DNA of 64,000 nt from an uncultured Victivallales bacterium (lineage in GTDB: Bacteria > Verrucomicrobiota > Lentisphaeria > Victivallales > UBA1829). The stretch is from NCBI GenBank assembly GCA_934661375.1, contig CAKUJH010000004.1, positions 45,968-109,967 on the forward strand, written 5' to 3'. Below the pieces are notes generated by a model. That model ran no database searches and was not told where the DNA came from. It saw only the letters and a program-made list of their open reading frames with translations. Of this stretch, positions 1 to 10,203 are shown piece after piece (position 1 is the first letter of the stretch; each line of letters starts with the position of its first letter). A program made the translations under genes and the position numbers.

Positions 1-414
1 CGGTTCGTGATGACCGAGGAATGCAAGGCGCATGAAAACTTCAAGATGGCGTTCCGTCATGCCAATGCCCGTGATGCCGTGGCGACTCCGCAGTTTGATT
101 CCCGTCTGCCGGTTGTGGCGGTGCGTTCTCTGCGCAACAAGGGACTGGCGGAATTCGGCAAACTCCAGCTCTCGCTGCTCAAGGAACTGGAAGCCGGAAC
201 GGTTTCCCGCCAGCACGCGCAGGAGGAAGTGGAAAAATTCTGGGTCGGCGCGCTGCGGCGTGCCGTTGTGGACGGCGATGTCGAGCACGGTTCGCTGATG
301 GCGGGTCAGTCGGTCGGACTGGTGGATAAAATCGTGCCGATCAGGGAGCTGGTGGAAGAACTGCTGACCGATGCGGAAGCGGAACTGGAACTGGTGAAAT
401 CGAAATTGTCGTGA
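1..414 (+). CDS. 3' end of a gene cut by the window edge. The C-terminus resembles nitronate monooxygenase / FabK-type flavoenzymes (tentative).
   Basis: The frame is open from base 1 to the TGA at 412-414. The block VVDGDVEHGSLMAGQSVGLVDKIVPIRELVEEL resembles the GD-x-E-x-G...AGQ..GL C-terminal block I recall from the NMO/FabK family. This is from memory only. Confidence 0.4.
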   Translation, partial: RFVMTEECKAHENFKMAFRHANARDAVATPQFDSRLPVVAVRSLRNKGLAEFGKLQLSLLKELEAGTVSRQHAQEEVEKFWVGALRRAVVDGDVEHGSLMAGQSVGLVDKIVPIRELVEELLTDAEAELELVKSKLS

Positions 415-464
415 ACAGGCGTTGAGCCTGAAACATATTTTTTTTCAGAAGGAGGAGAATAAAA

Positions 465-1328
465 ATGGATATCGGAGTCATTGTCGAATCATTCCGCGAA
501 CCTCTGTTCCAGGCGATGGAATCGGCGGCGGAAGTCGGAGCCAAAGGCGTTCAGATGTATGCCGTCTGCAAGGATCACAACCTCATCACTATGCCGGAAG
601 AGGAACGGATTCGCCTGAAAAATCACATCGAGAAACTGGGACTGAAAGTCGCGTCCATCTGCGGCGACCTCGGCGGACACGGTTTCCAGGATGCGGCGGG
701 CAATGCGGAGCGCATCCGTCTGAGCAAACAGATCATTGACCTGTGCGTGTTCTTCGGCACGAAAGTCATGACCACCCATATCGGCGTGGTTCCGACCCGC
801 GACGACTCTCCCATTTTCAAAGTGATGGCGGACGCCATGCGCGAAGTCGGTGAATATGCCGCTTCCAAAGGCTGCACGCTTGCCATTGAAACCGGACCGG
901 AACCGATCTCGCGTCTTCTGGCGGTCATCAAGGCGGCAGGCGACCGCGGTCTCGGCATCAATTTTGACCCCGCCAACCTCGCCATGGTGCTGAATGTCAA
1001 TCCCGCGCTGGAAGTTCCTGTCGCCGGCAAATACATCGTGCATACCCATGCGAAGGACGGTCTGCATCTGCGCGATTTCAACCCGTCGGACGTCTACGGT
1101 TCGCTGGACACCTTCGACCTGACCCCGCCGGAAGAGCAGAGCAAGGACAAATCGCCGGTGTTCCGCGAAGTTCCGCTGGGACAGGGACAGGTGGTCTGGG
1201 ATCAGTACCTCGCTGCGTTGCGGGCTGTCGGCTATGACGGTTTCCTGACCATTGAACGCGAAGTCGGAGAAAATCCGCGCGCGGACATTGTCATGGCGGT
1301 GGAGTTCCTCAAGAGCAAACTTGCCTGA
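465..1328 (+). CDS. Sugar phosphate isomerase/epimerase (xylose-isomerase-like TIM barrel)
   Basis: 287 aa. Strong RBS (aaggagg) upstream of the ATG. Typical family blocks: GAKGVQMY, LAIETGPEP, GINFDPANL, HAKDG, GFLTIERE. Confidence 0.8.
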   Translation: MDIGVIVESFREPLFQAMESAAEVGAKGVQMYAVCKDHNLITMPEEERIRLKNHIEKLGLKVASICGDLGGHGFQDAAGNAERIRLSKQIIDLCVFFGTKVMTTHIGVVPTRDDSPIFKVMADAMREVGEYAASKGCTLAIETGPEPISRLLAVIKAAGDRGLGINFDPANLAMVLNVNPALEVPVAGKYIVHTHAKDGLHLRDFNPSDVYGSLDTFDLTPPEEQSKDKSPVFREVPLGQGQVVWDQYLAALRAVGYDGFLTIEREVGENPRADIVMAVEFLKSKLA

Positions 1329-1344
1329 AACAGTTTCTGAAAAG

Positions 1345-1386
1345 ACGGAGCCGGTTCTTTTGCGGAACACGGCTCCGTTTTTTTTC
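1345..1386. terminator. Rho-independent, probably bidirectional, terminator between convergent genes
   Basis: Stem acggagccg (1345-1353) pairs with cggctccgt (1370-1378), followed by a run of about nine T. It sits between the stop at 1328 (+) and the stop at 1392 (-). Confidence 0.6.
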
Positions 1387-1391
1387 TGCCG

Positions 1392-1742
1392 TTACGGATG
1401 AACGAACTGTTCGCCCGGACGGACTGCCGTTCTGTCATACTTTCCGGCAGTGTCCGGAATCCGGTAAAACTCAACTTTGAACGAAACCGGACCGGTTATT
1501 CTGACATGATGATACCGTTCCGGATCAATGATGACCGGATGTCCCGGCGCGGCATCCAGGATTTCCCCGGTATCTTCCCAGACAAATTGCAGCGCTCCTT
1601 TTTCAACCACGAGACGTCCGCATTTCCCTTTGGGCGCCATGTGCTTATGCAGGATTGGCTGAAGAACCGTCTGATCGGTCATCATCGGTGTGGCGGCGGC
1701 GAAAACCGCCCCTTTCGGCAGGACAGCATTCTGGTAATTCAT
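1392..1742 (-). CDS. DUF1971 / TehB-C-terminal-like small cupin protein (YeaR-like)
   Basis: 116 aa. RBS ggggagg upstream of the ATG at 1742. The pattern KGKCGRLVVEKGALQFVWED...HHV...VSFKVEFY resembles the DUF1971 family (from memory). Confidence 0.55.
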   Translation of the reverse strand: MNYQNAVLPKGAVFAAATPMMTDQTVLQPILHKHMAPKGKCGRLVVEKGALQFVWEDTGEILDAAPGHPVIIDPERYHHVRITGPVSFKVEFYRIPDTAGKYDRTAVRPGEQFVHP

Positions 1743-1955
1743 GATATTCCTCCCCCTTTTTTGCTTTCCCCGCAGAACGGATCCATCCTCCCGATGTTTC
1801 CTGAACGCTCTGCGGCATATCCCTTCCGTAATTGAGCATGAAAAATGCGGCTTGTCAACCTGAAAAAGAGTTTTTTTCAGAAAAACAACTCTTTCATTAC
1901 TCTTTTCTTATTTAATGGAAGTTCAGAAAAAATCAGATTTTTTTTGAAAGACCCG

Positions 1956-1984
1956 TTGACAATATCGCAATCATGATATATAAT
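1956..1984 (+). promoter_or_regulatory. Sigma70-type promoter with perfect consensus hexamers, upstream of the regulator gene at 2024
   Basis: TTGACA (1956-1961), exactly 17 nt of spacer, then TATAAT (1979-1984), about 40 nt upstream of the ATG at 2024. Confidence 0.55.
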
Positions 1985-2023
1985 ATATGGAAGAAATAAT
2001 AAATAAACACTTATGGAAGTTTT

Positions 2024-3118
2024 ATGATGCAGAAAAATAAACGGACCAATCTGACGGGAAATATCCGTGAGGTTCTGGAACAGCGTATTCTCTGCGGGGA
2101 ATTGCCGCCGGGAAGTTCCATGCCTTCCAATGCCATTTTGGCGGAAGAGTTCGGCGTTTCTCTGCTGACCGCCAACCGCGCGGTGCAGCAGCTGGTGAAA
2201 GCGGGACTGGTCTACCGGCAGCAGGGACGCGGCAGTTTCGTCTGTCCGGATCTGCCGGGTAAAAAGCAATACCGGATCGGGATTGCCGACAAGATCAGTT
2301 ATCCGATCGTTCCGCTGCGGGAAGCCGCGCTGGACATCCGGCCGCGGACCAGTATGCGGTATCTGCGCGAACATGACTGTGAGGTGCGGCTGCTGGACTA
2401 TGAGGAAGTCCGGGACCGGGAAATTCTTTTCCGGGAGGCGGAAAATCTGGACGGCATCATCATGTCGAGCGGTTATCTGGATCCGGTTACTGCGGAAAAC
2501 CTGCAGCAGCTGCGGATTCCGTCTGTGGTGAATCTGCATGAATGGGTCAGCGAATGGTCTTTCAATCAGGTGATTGTGGACAATGCGCCGGGTATGCGCC
2601 AGGCGGCGGAACGGATCGTCCGGGAGGATTGCCCGGAAATCATTGTGGTGTACGAAGACCATCGGAACGGCTGTATCCGCAAGCGGATGTTCTGTGACGC
2701 CATGACGGCGGCGGGTTTTCCGGCGGAAAAGATCCGTGAAATACAAGTGGAGGAATGGGCGATTCAGAGCGGTGTTCCGAGTTTTCAGCTGGGGATGCGT
2801 CTGAGCCGTGAAATCCGCGGGAAATGGCTGTTTTCCACTTCGGACATTGTCAGTTTCGCCATGCTGGCGGCGTTCCGGGAAGCCGGGCTGACGGCAGGAA
2901 AAGATTTTCAGATGGTCAGTTATGACAATCTGGAAGGTTACGGTTATCAGCCGCTGGGTGAGCCGTTTCTGACCTCGATAGACTGTCCGAAGATACGGAT
3001 AGCGGAACGTTCTGCGGAGCTGTTGCTGGATAAGATACAGCATCCTGCGAATGAGACTGTGATTATCCGTATTCCGTCTTCGCTGGTCATCCGCAAGTCG
3101 GCATTTTCCAGAAATTGA
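2024..3118 (+). CDS. AraR-like transcriptional regulator (GntR-type wHTH fused to a LacI/PBP1-type sugar-binding domain)
   Basis: The N-terminus [60 protein letters not shown] is a GntR HTH. The remaining ~280 aa look like a periplasmic-binding-protein type 1 effector domain. Confidence 0.8.
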   Translation: MMQKNKRTNLTGNIREVLEQRILCGELPPGSSMPSNAILAEEFGVSLLTANRAVQQLVKAGLVYRQQGRGSFVCPDLPGKKQYRIGIADKISYPIVPLREAALDIRPRTSMRYLREHDCEVRLLDYEEVRDREILFREAENLDGIIMSSGYLDPVTAENLQQLRIPSVVNLHEWVSEWSFNQVIVDNAPGMRQAAERIVREDCPEIIVVYEDHRNGCIRKRMFCDAMTAAGFPAEKIREIQVEEWAIQSGVPSFQLGMRLSREIRGKWLFSTSDIVSFAMLAAFREAGLTAGKDFQMVSYDNLEGYGYQPLGEPFLTSIDCPKIRIAERSAELLLDKIQHPANETVIIRIPSSLVIRKSAFSRN

Positions 3119-3227
3119 AAATATAAACAGAACAGGAGAAAGGGGAAGTATGAAATCAAAGGAGAGTCAAATCCAAAGTTTCATAATGTTATTACCAGAA
3201 AAAAAGATTGGAAAGGAGAATCATGCC

Positions 3228-3989
3228 ATGAATAACCAGAAGTCATTCCATATTTCATATTTGAAGCGTAAAGTGCTGCGGTTTACACTGATCGAACTCC
3301 TGGTCGTTATTGCGATCATTGCAATCCTGGCGGGAATGCTGCTTCCGGCGCTGAATGCCGCCAGAGAGAAAGCGCGGAGCATTTCCTGTGTTTCAAATCT
3401 GAAACAGATCGGTCTGGCATTGAGTATATATACCGGAGATTACGACGGATGGATTCTGCCGGCTCTGGGAGATGCTTCCAGCAGTCTGACATATTGGTAC
3501 AGAGTTATTGGCGAAAGCAATTCTCAATACGGTGTGAAATGGGTTAATTCCGATTCCGTCAAAGGCTCATCATTTGCGTGTCCTTCTGAACAGAAACAAT
3601 TTACCGATATTTTTGCTGATCCGTCTTATAAAAACCGGAATCATTATTCGTACAACGCATTGCTGGCGGGTTTGCCGGATTCCTATATTACAGGGGGAAA
3701 CGATTATTACGCCCCTGCACGCAGACATAAAGCCGCGTCCGTCAAAGGACCTTCCCGCGCGATGGTTTCCTGGGATCATTTCAATAAAAATCATTATACG
3801 CTTCAACTTTGGCCGGCGAATCTGCCGACCCGGCACGGCAAAGACCGGAAAGTGAATCAGGTCATGCTGGACGGCCATATCGAGACCCGGAACTATCAGC
3901 AGCTGATCAGTGTGCCGCGTGAAAGCGGCAACTGTGCACATTCCTTCCATTATGCTTTGAGTGCCGGATTTTCGGTTCCGGCTCATTGA
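3228..3989 (+). CDS. Prepilin-type N-terminal cleavage/methylation domain protein (pseudopilin-like, DUF1559/H-X9-DG type)
   Basis: [47 protein letters not shown], and C-terminal MLDGHIE. I chose the ATG at 3228 (RBS aaggag 9 nt upstream) rather than the track start at 3150. Confidence 0.85.
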   Translation: MNNQKSFHISYLKRKVLRFTLIELLVVIAIIAILAGMLLPALNAAREKARSISCVSNLKQIGLALSIYTGDYDGWILPALGDASSSLTYWYRVIGESNSQYGVKWVNSDSVKGSSFACPSEQKQFTDIFADPSYKNRNHYSYNALLAGLPDSYITGGNDYYAPARRHKAASVKGPSRAMVSWDHFNKNHYTLQLWPANLPTRHGKDRKVNQVMLDGHIETRNYQQLISVPRESGNCAHSFHYALSAGFSVPAH

Positions 3990-4025
3990 TTCTTGAATTT
4001 TAACCTCTATATAGGAGTTTTCAAA

Positions 4026-4682
4026 ATGAAAAAATCACTTGCTGCCTTGTTGTCCAGCTGTGCGTTGACTTCCGTCTTTGCTGCGGAAATCGTCAATTAT
4101 GATTTCACTTGCCGTGAATTGAAATCATCCGGAAAGCTCGATCTGCCGTTTTATTCCGGAGATGTGAAAATCGGCGGAACGGATCAGAAACGATCACTGT
4201 ATTTCAATGGTGAAAAATCCCGTGCCAGTATTCCGGACAGCGGGAGTTTTCATTTGCTGAAAGGCGGAACCGTATTGATAAAACTCAAAGTGGAAACCAA
4301 ACCGAAATCCGAACATCACATGTTCATTCTCAAAAGTGGTGAATGGTGGCTGGCGAAAGATAAAGGCGGAAAACTGTATTTCAATTTCTGCTATGCTGAC
4401 GGAAAAGCTGGTTCCGGAGTGATGATCCCCTGCGATTTTTCCAAAACCCTGTGTATCGGCATCAGTGTGTTCCCGGACGACAAATACATCATTTGTGCCA
4501 ACGGGAAAAAACTGGCGTCCGGTATTCTGACGATTCCATCGGCTCCGCTGTACAATGGAAAAGGCATTATCCTCGGCAGCGGCTGGGGACATCTCTGGAA
4601 TTTCAAAGGCGATATCTTCAAGCTGAAACTGCTGGATGAACCGCTGTCCGAGACTCAGCTGACCGCCGCAACAGGAGAATGA
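4026..4682 (+). CDS. Secreted stand-alone LamG / concanavalin-A-like lectin-fold protein
   Basis: Signal peptide MKKSLAALLSSCALTSVFAAE. RBS aggag upstream of the ATG at 4026. It is paralogous to the N-terminal module of the next gene (shared blocks NYDF, FNG-KSRA-IP, LG-G-GH-LW-KGD, LS). Confidence 0.6.
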   Translation: MKKSLAALLSSCALTSVFAAEIVNYDFTCRELKSSGKLDLPFYSGDVKIGGTDQKRSLYFNGEKSRASIPDSGSFHLLKGGTVLIKLKVETKPKSEHHMFILKSGEWWLAKDKGGKLYFNFCYADGKAGSGVMIPCDFSKTLCIGISVFPDDKYIICANGKKLASGILTIPSAPLYNGKGIILGSGWGHLWNFKGDIFKLKLLDEPLSETQLTAATGE

Positions 4683-4683
4683 C

Positions 4684-7600
4684 ATGAAGCAGTTCATTTG
4701 TCTTGCTCTGGCTTTGTGGGGCTGTCTGGCTTTTGCCGCCAAACAGCCGGTCTATCACTATGATTTTGCCAAAGACACCGACGTGGTTCTGGAAAACGGG
4801 GCGGTGCGCGGAAAGGATTTTATCCGCTTCAACGGCAAAAACAGCCGTGCCGTCATTCCCGGCAGCGAAAAATTCAATCTGACGGAAAAAGGCATCACCT
4901 TCACCTGTGTTGTCCGTTTCGACGACCGGGAAATAATCGGTCAGGACATGATCAGCAAAGGTGAATCCCTGCTGTTTTCGCGCAATGATGCCGGTGCCAT
5001 GTTCTGCGGCTTCCAGAATCTGAAGGGACAATGGCTGCTGAACAGCAGCGGGATGAAAGTGGAACCGTGGACCTGGGTTCATTATGCCATGACGATTTCC
5101 TATTCGAACGAATCGGGACGCGGCGACCGCAATTACACGGTTTCCAGCTTCCTGAACGGCGAGAAAGTTGCGGCCCAGAAATTCAATGACGTCGACCCGG
5201 TTCAGGAACAGAATACGCCGCTGGTTCTGGGGTACGGGAAAGGTCATAAACTGTGGGCAATGAAAGGGGATATGGCGGAAGTTTCGGTTTTTGATCAGGC
5301 ATTGTCCGATGGCGAAATCGAGGATTTGGCATTGAACAATCCGCGTCTGAACCTGAAACGCAAGGATCGTCATCCCATAGCGGAACCGCTTGCCGCCGAA
5401 CTGTCTGCACTTGAAAAGAACGCTGTTTCTCCGGAAGGGAAATGGCTGCTGTCCGCTATGCGGAGAGCCGCCCGCAACGGTGCGGATCAGCAGTCTCTGC
5501 AGTCGCTGCTGCGGCAGAAAAAAGCAGTGTTTCAATTTCGTGATTCGAATGAATTGCAGAATGTCTGGAATAAAGATCAACAGGTCTGCCGGATGATGCT
5601 GACGGATGAAATGGCGGCGCTGGTGATGATTGACGGCAAAGGGACGCTGTTCCCGCTGGCTGGGCTTTATGACCGGCGCGCCGGAAAGGAAATGCTGTCG
5701 TCCTATGGATTGTACTGGGCTGTGGATTACCGTAAAGGAAAGGGGCGTTTGGAAACCGCGCTGAACTATGACGACAATGTAAGCTGGACGGCTGACTGCT
5801 CCGGGAACAGTGCGGCGGTGCATTGGAAACATCCGTTGTTCGAAGCGGAAGCCAAACTGGATTTGAGAGGAAAACGTCTGGAAACATCTCTGGACGTCCG
5901 CAGCACCTCTAAAGATCACCTGGTTTTTCAGGTCAGCTATCCCTGCGTGATTCTGGCGCTGAAAGATACTCCGCAGGATCAGTACATTCACATGACCGGT
6001 GAACTGGTCGGCAATCCGTCGGTCAATGGTTTGCGCAATACTCCGTCGTCTGGATATTACCCGAACGGCCATGTTCCGATGCAGTTCTGCGCCTATTATG
6101 ACAAAGAGAGCGGCACGTATTTTTCCTTTGAAGATCCGAAAGCAATCAACAAACGTTTTACATTCAAAGGGCAGAAACGCGGCATTGAACTGGCATGGAT
6201 GTCATGGGCCCCGTATGAAGTCGGACAGACAGGGTTGAATCGATATGAGTTCAGCGGAAAGGGTGTAATTGAAGCTTTCCGCGGGGACTGGTACGATGCG
6301 GCGCACATTTATCGGAGGTTTCTGAAAAACAAGGCGTTCTGGTGGTGTGAAATTCCGCGCAAGAACATGTCCCCCTGGTTTGCGGAAAACACCTTGTGGA
6401 TTCTAGCCAAGCTGAACTATCGCAATGCTGCAGAAGCGGAAACCCTCAAGGACCATCTGCTTTATCTGCGGAATTATTTTGAACTTCCTTTCGGTTCTCA
6501 TGTATATTTCTGGGAAGATCTTGGCATCGGGGCAAGGTTTACTCACTTCTTCCCCGCATCCTATTCCCTGCCGTTTTTTCAATTCCTGAATGAACACGGG
6601 ATTGGTGTAAAGCCTTACACGAATGTCCAGCTGTGGGCGACACTGGACGGGCCGTATGAAAAAACTGACTGGATGTATTCTTCGCATGGGAAAAAATACG
6701 CCATCAAGAATTTTAACGGCAGTTTGAATTACGAGAGATACAGGACCCTTGACGAAAAATCGACCATGCCGTGGGCTGTCATGTGTCCGGCATGTCCGGA
6801 ATGGCAGAAGAAGCAGATCGCCAATGCAGAACGTTTTGTTTCGTATGGAGCGAAGGCGATTTATTATGATGAAATGCTGGCGGCGGGACCATACTGCTGT
6901 TTCGACGAATCGCACGGACATAAGATGAACGATCCCGCTATGTGGCTTCAGGACGGTTATCTGCCGATGATGCGCTCCATCCTGAAGAAGGTTCCTTCCT
7001 ATGTCGGACATGATACCGAGGGCTTTGAAGAGCCGCTGGTCGGACTTCAGGACGGTTTTCTGTGCTGGGGTCCGCCATCGACAACACCTTTGAGCAAGAC
7101 GGTATTCGGTCCGCGCATGGAATTGATTGGACGTCTGTTCAGCTATGTCTGGCAGTTCAACGAACAGACAGAACAGCGTTTTTACAGCATTATCGGACGT
7201 CAGTTCGCCTGTGCGGAACAGCTTGGCTGGTTCGAAACCCGCGAGATTGTCGACTATCCGGAAATGCTGCTGTATACCAAACAGCTGATGCATTTGAAAA
7301 ACGGTCTGCGTAAATATTTCCGGGAAGGGGAGCTCATGCGTCCTCTGAAATGGGAAAAAGCTCCGGGCAAATATACATATCTGCATGAATCCGGGAAATA
7401 TATCACGGTGGATCGGGTGTTCTCCGGCGCATATATATGCCGCGACGGTCTGGGGATTGTGCTGCTGGTCAATCCGATGCTTCAGACAGAAAAAATCCAG
7501 CCGCTGGTGCAGTATCCGGGAAAAGTGTTCGCTCTCTGTGAAATGAATGCTGAAAAACCGCGCATTCTGCCGAATGACGGAAACTGTTCTCCGGAATTGT

Positions 7601-8151
7601 CATTCCGTCCGCTGGAAGTCAAGTTTCTTCTGACCGGCAGCGAAAATGATGAAAAATTCCAAACGGAAGCCAATCGCGTACAGCAGCTTCTGAATAAAGT
7701 AGCCCGGTTCCGGAAACCGGATCAGACAGTGGAGAATTTCGGCAAACTCGGCAGACTTCCGTCCCGTCAGGTGGCGGACGGACAGCAGATCACCGCCGGA
7801 TTTCTGCGGAATATAACCGGGGCTTTGCCTGCCAAAGACAACAGTTTCATTAGCTGGTTCCGCTGGAATTATGCCTTGCTGGATTACGGAATGCTGGATT
7901 TCGGGGAGAAATCCTATTCCCGCGTGGAAATATCCTATGGCGTCGGCGAAGGTGAAATCGGCGGGACTTTGGAATTGCGTTTCGGCGAAGCCGGTATTCC
8001 GTATGCGGTGGTTCCGTTGAAATATACAGAAGGGCAGAAAGTGACGGTAACGGTTCCGCTGCGTTTTGACGTAACCGGACGCCGCCGTGTTTCGATCCGT
8101 TTTCCGAAGGCGAAAAGCTGCACATTCCACGGCTGGCGGCTTCTGCCGTGA
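4684..8151 (+). CDS. Large secreted multidomain protein: N-terminal LamG module, a central putative glycoside-hydrolase-like region, and a C-terminal CBM-like beta-sandwich
   Basis: 1155 aa. Signal peptide MKQFICLALALWGCLAFAAKQ. It starts 1 nt after the previous stop. The enzymatic family is not identified. Confidence 0.55.
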   Translation: MKQFICLALALWGCLAFAAKQPVYHYDFAKDTDVVLENGAVRGKDFIRFNGKNSRAVIPGSEKFNLTEKGITFTCVVRFDDREIIGQDMISKGESLLFSRNDAGAMFCGFQNLKGQWLLNSSGMKVEPWTWVHYAMTISYSNESGRGDRNYTVSSFLNGEKVAAQKFNDVDPVQEQNTPLVLGYGKGHKLWAMKGDMAEVSVFDQALSDGEIEDLALNNPRLNLKRKDRHPIAEPLAAELSALEKNAVSPEGKWLLSAMRRAARNGADQQSLQSLLRQKKAVFQFRDSNELQNVWNKDQQVCRMMLTDEMAALVMIDGKGTLFPLAGLYDRRAGKEMLSSYGLYWAVDYRKGKGRLETALNYDDNVSWTADCSGNSAAVHWKHPLFEAEAKLDLRGKRLETSLDVRSTSKDHLVFQVSYPCVILALKDTPQDQYIHMTGELVGNPSVNGLRNTPSSGYYPNGHVPMQFCAYYDKESGTYFSFEDPKAINKRFTFKGQKRGIELAWMSWAPYEVGQTGLNRYEFSGKGVIEAFRGDWYDAAHIYRRFLKNKAFWWCEIPRKNMSPWFAENTLWILAKLNYRNAAEAETLKDHLLYLRNYFELPFGSHVYFWEDLGIGARFTHFFPASYSLPFFQFLNEHGIGVKPYTNVQLWATLDGPYEKTDWMYSSHGKKYAIKNFNGSLNYERYRTLDEKSTMPWAVMCPACPEWQKKQIANAERFVSYGAKAIYYDEMLAAGPYCCFDESHGHKMNDPAMWLQDGYLPMMRSILKKVPSYVGHDTEGFEEPLVGLQDGFLCWGPPSTTPLSKTVFGPRMELIGRLFSYVWQFNEQTEQRFYSIIGRQFACAEQLGWFETREIVDYPEMLLYTKQLMHLKNGLRKYFREGELMRPLKWEKAPGKYTYLHESGKYITVDRVFSGAYICRDGLGIVLLVNPMLQTEKIQPLVQYPGKVFALCEMNAEKPRILPNDGNCSPELSFRPLEVKFLLTGSENDEKFQTEANRVQQLLNKVARFRKPDQTVENFGKLGRLPSRQVADGQQITAGFLRNITGALPAKDNSFISWFRWNYALLDYGMLDFGEKSYSRVEISYGVGEGEIGGTLELRFGEAGIPYAVVPLKYTEGQKVTVTVPLRFDVTGRRRVSIRFPKAKSCTFHGWRLLP

Positions 8152-8183
8152 AACCGCCGCAGACAATCCGAAAACAAAAAAAT

Positions 8184-8215
8184 CAGGACCGCAGGAAAAA
8201 AACTTGCGGTCCTGG
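8184..8215. terminator. GC-rich hairpin terminator, copy 1 of a 32-nt sequence repeated at 17865-17896
   Basis: caggaccgcaggaaaaaaacttgcggtcctgg. On the minus strand the stem is followed by AUUUUUUUGUUUU, directly downstream of the minus-strand stop at 8314. It also lies downstream of the plus-strand stop at 8151. Confidence 0.7.
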
Positions 8216-8313
8216 CTTATATCATGGAGCAGTATAAAATTCAGTATACTGTGCTGCTTGTCCTATACTATATCAGCAACAAAAATCAATTCCGCTGAAT
8301 ATATCCCGTTTTA

Positions 8314-10203
8314 TTATTGAATGAACGGTATTTTTGCTGCTGTTCCATCGGCGTTGATCGGATTCAGCCATTGAATCGTGTCTGGACCGCAAAGTTTCAC
8401 AAAATCCGGAATATCTCCGCTTTTCAGAATGTGTGTTGCGCACAAACCCAGGGTGAACATATTGACAGCCGGCACACAGTTTGACCAGTTCAGCGTAACC
8501 GGAGCATGATCCAACACCAGCTGTTCAGCGGCTTGGTACAACGCGCAGGAAATCAGGGAGGCAACCGCAGCATCTTTATACCCGTAGAATGTGAGCGAGT
8601 TGACTTCATAGTGTGTCCGAAGCCAATTTGCCGCGGCAGTGTAATCCCGAACCCATTCGCCTAAAAGTGTCCACCCGAGCCAGAAACACGTCCGGCCTGT
8701 ATTGTGAAAATCCCACTGATTGGGGTTGCCGTATTCAGCCCCCGTTTCACCAGATGCAAACAAATCAAACAGCAGCAGCCCGTCTTCCGATTTCATCGCT
8801 TCGGAAAGGTATTGATTCTGAGCCAACTGCTGTTTTCCGTAAGGCGCCGAAAGCAGACGCCAGCGGCCGTTCGCAGAAGATCGCAAAAGGGCGGGGAGCG
8901 GGAATCCATGACTTTTCATCAAAACGTGTTTATGCCAGCCGTCTTCCTGTCCTCCGCAAGCAACTTCCGTGATGGTGACCGGAGAACAGTTCAAATTTTT
9001 TTCCAGTTCTGCGCGGCGGATATTTTCATTTTTCGACAAGACGGTCTGCTGAATTTGTTTCCCGCGGGCAGCGCAATAAGCCAAAATTCCTTTTACCTTA
9101 TCCGGACGTTTCCCTCTGGGGTAGACCATTGCTTCATCCTGAGACAGGGGCTGATAATCCTGCAGCCGGCAAGGTCCTCCGTTTCCTTCATTCTTCAGAT
9201 GCCGGCGAAAGAATCCGAGCATATGAGAGAGTGCATCCGCGCCATATAGGTGCGGCGTTGGAAAAATCCGGTATTGCAGATCATTTTCCGCATTCATCAT
9301 TCGGTAGACTGGGCGTGCCGCAATATAAGTTTTCAACATTTCTTCCGGAGTGAATGAGGAATACTGATCGTGCAGACCATTGAACATGGCATAGGCACGT
9401 GGTGCTATGGAAGCGATTAATCCTGCTTCTTCCGCAATACCTAACCCGCCGGGAATCGTTTCGCAGATACAGTTCGGTCCCATGATACAGGCTTGCCACG
9501 TGCCTGCGCTGCAAACAGATACAGCTGCTTTTATCCGATCATCAAATGCCGCCAGGTACATTGTCTGATTGCCTCCGCCGGAGCCGCCGGTAACTCCTAA
9601 CTGATCTGCTTTGACATACGGCAGAGAACAAAGCAAATCCAATGCGCGCATATTGTCTGCGATCTGGATTCCGATCAGAGTTTCTCCCAGATTGTTCAGC
9701 AAAGTTCCCAGCGGTCCGCCATGCGGTTCAAATTCTCCGTGAACCGTAGAACGTTCGCCGGAACCGAAAGCGTCCACACTCAAACAGACAAAACCATTCA
9801 ATGCCAGCAGATGCCCGCGGCTTTGGACACGTTCAGCCAAATGCCCATTCTGCCAGTGCCCATGAACGTTAAGCACTGCCGGAAACGGACCGGGTCCGTC
9901 CGGAACATATAAGCAGCCAGTAACATAACGCTGATCTGCCGCTTGAAAACAGAGTTTTTCCACCCGGTATCCATTTTTTTGAATGATTCCTGTTACTTCC
10001 AGATCCAGCGGCAACGCATGGTTGACTTCCAGGCATATGGCTTTACCGAGACGCGACAGCAATTCCCGGCGTTTTTCCTGCCATTCTGCGGGAGTCGCCG
10101 GCAGTACAGTATGCATGGCAAATTTCTGTTTGCCAATCAGTTTCATGGTCGCGGCAATCAAATCGTCCTGTGCCGAATTCCATACATTGGGCAGTGTATT
10201 CAT
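8314..10203 (-). CDS. Alpha/beta hydrolase (acetyl-xylan-esterase / dienelactone-hydrolase-like)
   Basis: VLNVHGHW, nucleophile elbow GVTGGSGGG, and LCLSVDAFGSGER-type blocks. The ATG at 10203 overlaps the upstream stop as ATGA, so I prefer it to the track start at 10251. Confidence 0.7.
   Translation of the reverse strand: MNTLPNVWNSAQDDLIAATMKLIGKQKFAMHTVLPATPAEWQEKRRELLSRLGKAICLEVNHALPLDLEVTGIIQKNGYRVEKLCFQAADQRYVTGCLYVPDGPGPFPAVLNVHGHWQNGHLAERVQSRGHLLALNGFVCLSVDAFGSGERSTVHGEFEPHGGPLGTLLNNLGETLIGIQIADNMRALDLLCSLPYVKADQLGVTGGSGGGNQTMYLAAFDDRIKAAVSVCSAGTWQACIMGPNCICETIPGGLGIAEEAGLIASIAPRAYAMFNGLHDQYSSFTPEEMLKTYIAARPVYRMMNAENDLQYRIFPTPHLYGADALSHMLGFFRRHLKNEGNGGPCRLQDYQPLSQDEAMVYPRGKRPDKVKGILAYCAARGKQIQQTVLSKNENIRRAELEKNLNCSPVTITEVACGGQEDGWHKHVLMKSHGFPLPALLRSSANGRWRLLSAPYGKQQLAQNQYLSEAMKSEDGLLLFDLFASGETGAEYGNPNQWDFHNTGRTCFWLGWTLLGEWVRDYTAAANWLRTHYEVNSLTFYGYKDAAVASLISCALYQAAEQLVLDHAPVTLNWSNCVPAVNMFTLGLCATHILKSGDIPDFVKLCGPDTIQWLNPINADGTAAKIPFIQ

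Noticed and set aside
489-6072. Long antisense ORFs overlapping recognisable genes in the first 6 kb (489-1370 minus, 1877-3043 minus, 3570-3986 minus, 4194-4742 minus, 4618-6072 minus).
   Set aside because: They lie opposite genes with clear family motifs. Their translations are R/P/G/H-rich and low in complexity. They have no RBS and no family resemblance. These are typical shadow ORFs in moderately GC-rich DNA.
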